Shown here: positions 8,678-16,371 of the stretch, piece by piece
Position numbering within the stretch: the stretch's first letter is position 1
Layout: each line of letters starts with the position of its first letter
Virus record (IMG/VR): IMGVR_UViG_3300028595_000056
Span: 1-26,493 of that record
Reading direction: 5' to 3' (one strand)
From: a virus
Taxonomy: Duplodnaviria > Caudoviricetes
Length of the DNA stretch: 26,493 nt
Made by a program: the position numbers and the translations under genes
The notes under the pieces: generated by a model
Databases searched by the model: none
Seen by the model: the letters and a program-made list of their open reading frames with translations, nothing else
Told to the model about the DNA's origin: nothing

Positions 8678-9885
8678 AACGATTAACGATTTTGGCATGT
8701 GTATGTATGCTGGCTCTTGCGGGGTACGTTGGGGCCTTAGAGATCCGCTCCTATCCAGGGGCCACGAACCTGACAATCCCGGTCAGGGCGTTTGATGTTA
8801 ACGGCGACCCTAACACATCTGTTGTCGTGACAGACTGGGAGGGGTTCTACAAAAAAGAGGGTGCGGCACCCGTGTCGTTTGGTGCACTTACACCGAAAGA
8901 CGCACACGCAGACACGCACGTAGACGGCAACGCAATCGGAGATTCCAACGGGTGGGTGGATATTGATGTTCCAGATGCAGCGTTCAGTGGCACAGTAGGC
9001 ACAACCGTCGTGATTGGCGCTGTTGATGGAACGTCTGACGACACCAAAGACAAAATTATAGAAACTACGGTGTGGCTGATACAGGATGCAAATGGGCTGC
9101 TACAGGTGGTGGTTGTCGATGCATCTAGCGCTGCGCCGCTTATTACCTCGGACCAGCTCTACACGGGTTCTGAGTTAGGCGACAAGATTGTGGCTGACAT
9201 GGACGCCAACAGTACGCTTCCAGAGCAGACTGTGACGGCTCTTGTTGCTGATGCAAACTGGACTAGCCTAGTGACTGATGCGAACACTGCGGCACAGGCA
9301 TCAGGAGCTACCCCGGCAGCTATTGTAACCGAACTTGTAACAGACGCCAACTGGACATCTCTGGTAACTGATGCCAATACTGCGGCTATCGGGGTTGCAA
9401 CCGTAGATAACGGTGCCATTGCCGATGAAGTAGTGACACACATGGACGCAAACTCCACACAGCTTGCTGCCATTGTGGAGGACACCGGAACTACCATCCC
9501 TGGCACGATTACTACCATTGACAACGAAATCGCTGTTATTGATGGCATTGTTGATGATATTAACGGATTTGTAGACACCGAGGTCGCTGCAATACTTGAA
9601 GATACAAACGAAGTTCAGGCTGATGGCGTTATGATTACTGCCGCAGCGGTAAATGCTGTCTGGGCTAAAACCATGTCTGACTTGTCTGCTGGCAACCCGC
9701 AAGTAACAGAAAGCGTCCTTGCTGCATTGACAAGAATTTGGCTTGCTAACTTCGGTAAGGTTGTTACCAACGGCACGAACGATGAGATCGAATGGTACAA
9801 TGATGCCGGAACAAAGATAGCCGAATCGCCATTCTCGGACGACGATACTGACTTTACCAAGAACAATGCTGGGGCGAATGACTAA
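8674..9885 (+). CDS. Exported acidic fibre/stalk-like virion protein with internal repeats
   Basis: AGGAG SD and ATGA overlap. Signal MKRLTILACVCMLALAGYVGA. N-terminal beta domain, heptad-like IAVIDGIVDDI segment, and C-terminal VWAK...AALTRIWLANFGKV...IEWYNDAG domain. Confidence 0.65.
   Translation: MKRLTILACVCMLALAGYVGALEIRSYPGATNLTIPVRAFDVNGDPNTSVVVTDWEGFYKKEGAAPVSFGALTPKDAHADTHVDGNAIGDSNGWVDIDVPDAAFSGTVGTTVVIGAVDGTSDDTKDKIIETTVWLIQDANGLLQVVVVDASSAAPLITSDQLYTGSELGDKIVADMDANSTLPEQTVTALVADANWTSLVTDANTAAQASGATPAAIVTELVTDANWTSLVTDANTAAIGVATVDNGAIADEVVTHMDANSTQLAAIVEDTGTTIPGTITTIDNEIAVIDGIVDDINGFVDTEVAAILEDTNEVQADGVMITAAAVNAVWAKTMSDLSAGNPQVTESVLAALTRIWLANFGKVVTNGTNDEIEWYNDAGTKIAESPFSDDDTDFTKNNAGAND
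9181..9465 (+). repeat. Nested A-B-B-A coding repeats (MDANST x2; DANWTSLVTDANTAA x2)
   Basis: DKIVADMDANST...VTALVADANWTSLVTDANTAA...VTELVTDANWTSLVTDANTAA...DEVVTHMDANST. Protein identity is kept despite many synonymous DNA differences. Confidence 0.85.
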
Positions 9886-10127
9886 TGAAGAAGAAACTTT
9901 TCATAGTCGCTGTCTTGCTGCTCACGTGCGCTGTGGCGTGGGCAGCAATGGACTCAGAGAACAAACGTCGCGCAGCACAGGGCAACATGCTCCCGGTAGC
10001 AGACGCTAACATAGGTCTTTTTGATAGGGGGATGCTTGCTGGAGTCTACATAGCAGACGGCAACGTTGCCGCGCCTGTTGAAGTTAATAGCGTCATTATA
10101 AGGTGGCACCACCACTATCACGACTAG
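9885..10127 (+). CDS. Small exported phage protein with His-rich C-terminus
   Basis: TAATG coupling. Signal MKKKLFIVAVLLLTCAVAWA. Mature AMDSENKRRAA..LPVADANI..FDRGMLAGVY; ends WHHHYHD. Confidence 0.7.
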   Translation: MKKKLFIVAVLLLTCAVAWAAMDSENKRRAAQGNMLPVADANIGLFDRGMLAGVYIADGNVAAPVEVNSVIIRWHHHYHD

Positions 10128-10136
10128 GAGAAAAAA

Positions 10137-10577
10137 ATGAAGAAAGCAGTAATATGGCTAATGTGTTGCCTCTTAGTTGCTGTGGCGCTTGGGGCAACAA
10201 AAGACGACAGAAACGACGGTATGAGGCCAATTGGGAAGTTGCAGTTCACCCAACAGTCTTGGGCGTCTGGTGTAACGGACGCCGCAACGACATCTATAAA
10301 CAACTGCAACATGCTCATCGAGCGGATAGATGTTGTCGCGTCGAACTCTACCAATGCGATTACATGGTCCGTGGCTATTGCCGACGAGAACGCCGCCGAT
10401 GTCATTCCAACGATCTCAAGTATCCCAGAGAATGATACTACGACTAAGCTTGCCACGAAGGCTACGGCAGACTTTGACGCCATCCCGGTGAATAACACCC
10501 TGACGGTCACAATCACCCCCTCTGGCGATCCAGGCGCGTCTGGCGCAACTGTCGATGTCATCCTTTACGGACCCTAA
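10137..10577 (+). CDS. Exported beta-sandwich virion-type protein
   Basis: AGGAG SD. Signal MKKAVIWLMCCLLVAVALG. Alternating beta-strand pattern (IERIDVV, ITWSVAI, TLTVTIT, TVDVILY). Confidence 0.7.
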   Translation: MKKAVIWLMCCLLVAVALGATKDDRNDGMRPIGKLQFTQQSWASGVTDAATTSINNCNMLIERIDVVASNSTNAITWSVAIADENAADVIPTISSIPENDTTTKLATKATADFDAIPVNNTLTVTITPSGDPGASGATVDVILYGP

Positions 10578-10579
10578 TT

Positions 10580-11221
10580 ATGGCGACCAAGACTGAGATA
10601 TGCAAATACGCTTTAGCCAAGATAGGCGGCGGCGCACAGTCCAACCAGATCACGGATGTTGACACAGATGGTACAACTACGGCTGATCTGTGTGTGGACT
10701 TCTATGATATTGTGCGCAAGGAAGTGATCTCTCGCGGGTATTGGATTGAGGCCACCAAGTACGCCGATCTGGACAACGCCACCGTAACGGACAAAGGTGC
10801 CTGGTCGTATGCCTCAGATGCGCCCACCGACTATCTGTCCAGGCTCAAGGTCATCTATGAGCAGACCCATACCGTGATGCACCCAGAGAAGATCCAACCG
10901 ATTCGCCACCAGATGATGGGCAGCTATGTCTTTACCGACCTATACACGAACAGCGCTGGCGATAAGGTTCACGCCATGTACGTGTACGACCTATCTACAG
11001 AGGCCAGCTTTTCTGTTCAGTTGGTAGAGGCCATTGCCACAAAGCTTGGTGCCGAGCTTGCCCCGGTGATTATCACAGAGGACGGCGGCTATCACCGAAG
11101 GATGAACCTGCTCAACGAATACGAAAAGTTCCTGCCCCAATGGCTGGGCGAGAACCAAATGTCTAACTATCGGGACGATCAGGGGGCTGCTACGTGTTTA
11201 ACTATCGCACGCTGGGAATAG
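10580..11221 (+). CDS. Tail tubular protein A / adaptor (T7 gp11-like)
   Basis: MATKTEICKYALAKIG, CVDFYDIVRKEV, WSYA..PTDYL and FS..LVEAIATKLGAELA motifs. Lies directly before the nozzle gene; no signal peptide. Confidence 0.85.
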   Translation: MATKTEICKYALAKIGGGAQSNQITDVDTDGTTTADLCVDFYDIVRKEVISRGYWIEATKYADLDNATVTDKGAWSYASDAPTDYLSRLKVIYEQTHTVMHPEKIQPIRHQMMGSYVFTDLYTNSAGDKVHAMYVYDLSTEASFSVQLVEAIATKLGAELAPVIITEDGGYHRRMNLLNEYEKFLPQWLGENQMSNYRDDQGAATCLTIARWE

Positions 11222-14079
11222 TCTTAATCCTCGGGGCCGTCGCTTTCGCGGCGAACATAACCCTTACCTCGTTTAATTCGGGCGAAGTCTCTCCGTACAT
11301 GAAGTACCGCAGCGACTTTGCCAAGTATGATAGTTCCCTCCAGACTCTCCAGAACATGATTGTACTGCCCCAAGGGCCTGTAACCCGCAGGCCGGGGACG
11401 AAGTACATTGCCACCACTCACACTGACTACCACCACCTCAACTGTCGCCTGATCCCATTCAAGTATTCAAGCGATGACGCCTACGTGCTGGAGTTCGGGT
11501 CGTCTTACATGAGGGTCTTCCGTAACGGCGGCAGGGTAATGGACCCCAACGACGGCAATGAACCCTATCAGATTTCAACCCCGTTTGCGTCTGCTAGTAT
11601 CTATGACATAAAGTTCGTTCAGTCTGCCGATGTCATGTACTTTGTAGACGGCGACTATCACCCACAAAAGCTTACCAGAACTGACCATGATTCGTGGGCG
11701 TTTGAGTCACTTTATTTTGATGGCACAGGCCCATTTATTAGCGAGAACACTACTGATGTAACGCTATCTTTTACGGGCACTACTGGCGACGTGAATGTAA
11801 CGGCGTCAACAAGTGACTTATTTGAGATTAACGATACTTGGTCTGTGTGGTCTGCAAGCCACGCCTCAGGGCCGAATACATTAACCGGCGACCTTACCTC
11901 TGACGCCAACTCTGCCGAGATTATTGTACAGGGAAGCTATTATTTCTCTACACATGGGACTTGGACGGGGCAGGTTACGCTTGAGCAGTCTATTGATGGT
12001 GGCGATACGTGGGTTGCTGCGCTGCCCACAGTTTATTCCAAGGGCGACAACAACGTATCAGAATACGGTATAGAAGACGATATAGGTGTTTTGTATCGTG
12101 TTAAAATGACCAATTACGGTTCTGGTACGTGTACATATTCACTTGCGCGGTCCAGTGATAGAGCAACTGGCGCTTTCTATATCAGCGGGTGGGAGGACGC
12201 CAACACCGTAGAGGCCACCATCCTGAGCGACCTTAGCTCTACATCGGCCACAACTCTATGGTCTAGGCCATACTGGTCTTTAGGAACTAGCTTCCCAAGG
12301 GCGATTGCCCTTCACGAACAGAGGCTTTTCCTTGGCGCGTCAGACGCCTATCCAAACACGATTTGGGCGTCAGCTACAGACGACTTTGAGAATATGCGTG
12401 CTGGCACATCAGATGACACGGCGTTTACCTTCCTTCTTTCTGGCAACAACTCAATTCAATGGATGATCTCAGACGAACACCTGTTCCTTGGGACTCTCGG
12501 GGGCGCTGGCAGGCTTGCCGCTGCTGGCACTGACGAGGCCATCACCCCAACGAACATAGAATACAAGCACCAGGGCAAGCACGGCAGTTCTTCGGTTCAG
12601 GCCGTGAGTGCTGGCGATGCCATCCTTTACCTTGAGCGCGGCGGCGTAAACGTCAGGGAGTTCACATATTCCTTTGAGCGAGATAAATACGTATCTCCAG
12701 ACCTAACCGTTCTTGCCGAACACATCACATCTCCCGGCATTATCGACATGAGCTATCAGTCGAACCCACATCCCATTCTGTGGTGTGTTAGGAGTGATGG
12801 GGTCATGGTGTCTTTGACCTATAGCCGAGAGAACGACATTGTAGCTTGGGCCAAACACGTTACAGACGGCGAGTTTGAATCTGTCTGTGTGATCCCCGGC
12901 GACGACGAAGACGAAGTATGGGTCACGGTTGCCAGGACCATTGACGGCAATGATGTGAGATACGTCGAACAGTTCCAAGATATGGACTGGGGCACAGCCT
13001 CATCGACTGGTGTTGTAGCAAATGCAGACAGCAACAGCTATGCCATTAGCGATGTAAACAACAAATCAACCAACGGTGTCTATGCAATAGGAAATGATTT
13101 CATAGAGCCGAACGAACAGAAAAATCCCTTGGCCCAGATTACTGGCGTGCAGGGAACGACAGAACTGAACGGGAATGTTTATTCACTTTTGGTTGAAGTT
13201 GCTGATCGCAACCAAGTTTATCTATTGAATCCAGATACTGCCGAGTACATCGACACAACAAATTTTGGCACTTATACGGGTGGCGGGACTATCCGCGAAG
13301 TCAATGTAACCCCGGCGGGTCTGTCTCAGGCCGATTGTTTCTTTGTGGATTCAGGTCTTTCATATAACGGGGGAACTTCTTTTCCTATTGACTATGTCAG
13401 GCGAACCTCTGCTGGGTGGCTGGTTGTTCCTAATAATGATTTTAATGACGGCGATCTTGTCGTCATCTATGGCGCAAGAAACATGACTGAAATTAACGGT
13501 CAGTCTTATGCCGTTAAGCCTGCCGCTGATGCGAACCATTTATATCTAAGGAATACCGCCAATACGGAGTTTGTAGACACAAGCGGATGGAATGCGTACC
13601 TTGGTGGTGGCCGCGTTTATCATGCTGCTATTACATTCTCAAACCTTGACCACTTAGAAGGCAAGACGGTTTCTGTTCTTGCTGACGGGAACGCCCTTTC
13701 TGACGAGGTTGTTTCCGGTGGGTCAGTGACTATAGATAAATGCGCCCATGACGTTCATATAGGTTTACCATACACTTCTGTCGTTGAGACAATGCCGTTG
13801 GTATATAATACCAAGGAAGGCTCAACCATGTCTTCGACTACCCGCATTGCGGAGGTCAGAACTAACTTCTATGAAACGCTGGGTTGTGAGGCAGGAACGA
13901 CGGCGTCTACTGAATCTGTTTTCTTCTATAAACCCACAGAATACACCGACAGCGTGGCCCCTCTTTATACGGGGTGGACGACACTACCAATGCTTCAGGG
14001 GTACTGGAACGACCCATCTCTGTACTTTAAACAAGAGAAGCCGTACCCTATGACAATAAGGGCAATCGTGGCTAAATGA
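11194..14079 (+). CDS. Tail tubular protein B / nozzle (T7 gp12-like) with N-terminal signal peptide and two FCCH-like insertions
   Basis: GTG start with AGGGGG SD. SFNSGEVSP..R.D..Y..N..PQG..RRPGT, RLIPF, YVLEFG, QSADVM, EQRLFL, VAWAKHVTDG, LDHLEGKTV.VLADG and GLPYTS are nozzle motifs. Confidence 0.92.
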   Translation: MFNYRTLGIVLILGAVAFAANITLTSFNSGEVSPYMKYRSDFAKYDSSLQTLQNMIVLPQGPVTRRPGTKYIATTHTDYHHLNCRLIPFKYSSDDAYVLEFGSSYMRVFRNGGRVMDPNDGNEPYQISTPFASASIYDIKFVQSADVMYFVDGDYHPQKLTRTDHDSWAFESLYFDGTGPFISENTTDVTLSFTGTTGDVNVTASTSDLFEINDTWSVWSASHASGPNTLTGDLTSDANSAEIIVQGSYYFSTHGTWTGQVTLEQSIDGGDTWVAALPTVYSKGDNNVSEYGIEDDIGVLYRVKMTNYGSGTCTYSLARSSDRATGAFYISGWEDANTVEATILSDLSSTSATTLWSRPYWSLGTSFPRAIALHEQRLFLGASDAYPNTIWASATDDFENMRAGTSDDTAFTFLLSGNNSIQWMISDEHLFLGTLGGAGRLAAAGTDEAITPTNIEYKHQGKHGSSSVQAVSAGDAILYLERGGVNVREFTYSFERDKYVSPDLTVLAEHITSPGIIDMSYQSNPHPILWCVRSDGVMVSLTYSRENDIVAWAKHVTDGEFESVCVIPGDDEDEVWVTVARTIDGNDVRYVEQFQDMDWGTASSTGVVANADSNSYAISDVNNKSTNGVYAIGNDFIEPNEQKNPLAQITGVQGTTELNGNVYSLLVEVADRNQVYLLNPDTAEYIDTTNFGTYTGGGTIREVNVTPAGLSQADCFFVDSGLSYNGGTSFPIDYVRRTSAGWLVVPNNDFNDGDLVVIYGARNMTEINGQSYAVKPAADANHLYLRNTANTEFVDTSGWNAYLGGGRVYHAAITFSNLDHLEGKTVSVLADGNALSDEVVSGGSVTIDKCAHDVHIGLPYTSVVETMPLVYNTKEGSTMSSTTRIAEVRTNFYETLGCEAGTTASTESVFFYKPTEYTDSVAPLYTGWTTLPMLQGYWNDPSLYFKQEKPYPMTIRAIVAK

Positions 14080-14426
14080 TAAGAGAGTTCACAGTACAAG
14101 ACGGAGTAGACATTTTAGGGTCTGAGGCCAGGGAAGACGCCGAACTGAACCAGATGTCAGGGCCGGGATATACAATGCTCAAAGGCGGCAAGACTGTAGC
14201 CTGCGGTGGTATCAAGATCGCTGGGGTTGGGGAAGCCTGGTTTGCTGCTGGCGAAGAAGCCAAAGATTATAAGATACAGATAGCCCGAGAATCCCGCGCA
14301 TGGCTGGATAGGATCATGGAGCAGCACCGTCTCTGGCGGCTCTTTGCCTATCCTGGCACGCACGAATCTGCAAGGCGGTTCCTGAAGTACATGCAATTTT
14401 ACCCTTACGACATTTACATGAGGTAG
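14076..14426 (+). CDS. gp13-like GNAT-fold virion assembly protein
   Basis: VACGGI...GVGEAW...ARRFLKYMQF; located between the nozzle and the ejection proteins. Confidence 0.7.
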   Translation: MIREFTVQDGVDILGSEAREDAELNQMSGPGYTMLKGGKTVACGGIKIAGVGEAWFAAGEEAKDYKIQIARESRAWLDRIMEQHRLWRLFAYPGTHESARRFLKYMQFYPYDIYMR

Positions 14427-14428
14427 AC

Positions 14429-14926
14429 ATGGACCCTTTTACAATAGCTATGGTTATCATGGCAGCGCTCGGCGCTGGCACCTCTGCTTACGCACAGAAA
14501 AGTGCAGCCGATACCCAGAAAAAGATGCTGGACCGCCAGGCAGAGGACGCCAAAATTGCCGCCGACGCCCAGAAGACAGCCGACAAGCTAAAGGCCCAGA
14601 AGGTCCGTGAGCAGGGGGAGAAACTCAAGGCCCGCCAAAGGGTGGCCTACGCAAAGAGCGGCGTCGTGGGCAACGTAGGAACGCCCCTCCTGGTTCAGAC
14701 AGAGGCCGCTAGAGCCGTCGAAGAAGAAGCCATGCTAGTTTCCCGGGAAGGCGATTTAGCGGCCATCAGTGGCCGCACACGGGCCGACCTGCTTCGCTGG
14801 CAAGGTGGTGTGGCATCTCGCGCCGGGGCATGGAAAGCTGGCAGCACGGCTCTCTCTGGCTTCTCTGCTGCCGGTAGCCTTTTAAGAGATAGTTCGGGCA
14901 AAAAATACGACGAGGTAGTAAACTAA
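14429..14926 (+). CDS. Internal virion/ejection protein (gp14-like)
   Basis: MDPFTIAM..AALGAGTSAYAQ start, QRVAYAKSGV...GTPL motif, Ala/Gly-rich. Confidence 0.8.
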   Translation: MDPFTIAMVIMAALGAGTSAYAQKSAADTQKKMLDRQAEDAKIAADAQKTADKLKAQKVREQGEKLKARQRVAYAKSGVVGNVGTPLLVQTEAARAVEEEAMLVSREGDLAAISGRTRADLLRWQGGVASRAGAWKAGSTALSGFSAAGSLLRDSSGKKYDEVVN

Positions 14927-16371
14927 TGCCTAAGATACCAATGCCAAATGACACCGCCACGCCCTCGGGCAAGTCTGGCGTGTCCACCGTCGTCAGCCCT
15001 GATTATTACGTTAGGGACGACCTTGCGAAGTCCCAGTTCTTCGACACGGTTACTAGGGAAGCTGTGCGCTGGGGGCAGCAGGCTAACCAGATTAACGCTG
15101 CCGCGAAGGTGTCCAAGTTCCAGAACGACCTACAAGAAGGCTGGAACATGACCGTAGCTGAGATGGAGCAGGACAACGACCCTGACAAGTACCCTCAGTA
15201 TTTTGAAGCATTCAAGCAAGGCATGGAAAGCCGCCTTGAACAGATGCAGGGGCCTGCCAAACAGATAGCTGCTAACAAACTCAACAGAGACATAGGGCAA
15301 TACCAGGGGAGGATGGAGTCATTTAAGCGGGGGCGGCAGAAAGACAATTTGCTTTCTGAGTATGAAAGGGCTGTTGAGAGCCTTAAAAAAGACGAGTTCA
15401 ACCCTGGCACTGTGCTAGAAGAAATTAGCGAACGTATTCGCCAGTCCGGTATATGGTCTGATGAAGAAGCCGCCGCAAGGCTTGAGAATGACATATACGC
15501 TGTGAACCTGGAAAGAACGCTAAACGAATCTCTTTCTATGCCCCTTAAGGATGCAGTTGACTACATCAAAGACTCGCCGCTTACCGAAGATGACAAGCGA
15601 AAGGTTGAGTCCAATGTTCGCCATCAAGAGCGAATGCGACAAGAGGACTTAGAAGCCCAGAACGCAGAAACAAGGCTGGACCTGCTAAAGCGTTCTGCAT
15701 CTGGCGTGGCAACGCCGAGAGAGATTGAATTGGCTGTTGCAGCAGAGATACTAACCCCCGGCCAGGGCGTGGCGTACCAGAAACTATTGTTGCCTCCCGA
15801 TATTGCGTTCACGCCCATTACGGAACTATCTAAGGCACTCAAGATACAGAACGCCGTTGCCCTTGGCAAGCCGCTTGAAGAAGCAGAAGTGGAGTTATCA
15901 GCACTCAACCTTACAAGGGCAGACCGCGAAAAGTTCGTTGCGGAGATCCATAAAGAGCATGACATCGCCCTTGCGTCCATTATAAAGAACGCCCGCAGTC
16001 GCATGGAGGAAATCATACGGGAAAAAGACCCGTTCTCTGGCGCGTTCACAGACGACGAGCGACAACAGATAGCAGCAGCTGAAGCGGACGTTGAGCTTAC
16101 CAATCTCATCCTAGACATGGTGGCTAAAGGCAAGCAGATCAACGAGGACGACCTTATCAAGCAGGCCATTGACAAGGCGCTAATAAAGAAAATGGGCATT
16201 GTATCAGACGAAAACAACAATCGGAAGACAGCGTTTAATCCCAAAAAAGTAGGGCAACCCAAAAACATTAGCGAGTTTATGACAAACCTGAAGAAGTTCA
16301 CCGACGCGGACGACCGAGAAGGGTTTGACGAGTATTGGAATAAATGGCTGAAGACACTACTACAGCAATAG
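14926..16371 (+). CDS. Internal virion/ejection protein (gp15-like)
   Basis: MPKIP start, 481-aa charged helical protein, TAATG coupling, position in the module. Confidence 0.7.
   Translation: MPKIPMPNDTATPSGKSGVSTVVSPDYYVRDDLAKSQFFDTVTREAVRWGQQANQINAAAKVSKFQNDLQEGWNMTVAEMEQDNDPDKYPQYFEAFKQGMESRLEQMQGPAKQIAANKLNRDIGQYQGRMESFKRGRQKDNLLSEYERAVESLKKDEFNPGTVLEEISERIRQSGIWSDEEAAARLENDIYAVNLERTLNESLSMPLKDAVDYIKDSPLTEDDKRKVESNVRHQERMRQEDLEAQNAETRLDLLKRSASGVATPREIELAVAAEILTPGQGVAYQKLLLPPDIAFTPITELSKALKIQNAVALGKPLEEAEVELSALNLTRADREKFVAEIHKEHDIALASIIKNARSRMEEIIREKDPFSGAFTDDERQQIAAAEADVELTNLILDMVAKGKQINEDDLIKQAIDKALIKKMGIVSDENNNRKTAFNPKKVGQPKNISEFMTNLKKFTDADDREGFDEYWNKWLKTLLQQ

Noticed and set aside
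3754-9885. Diversity-generating retroelement as in BPP-1
   Set aside because: No reverse transcriptase and no template/variable repeat pair differing at adenines was seen in the window.
14429-14500. Hydrophobic N-terminus of the gp14-like protein as a tenth signal peptide
   Set aside because: No basic N-region. MDP..-type hydrophobic Ala/Gly starts are normal for gp14-like ejection proteins.
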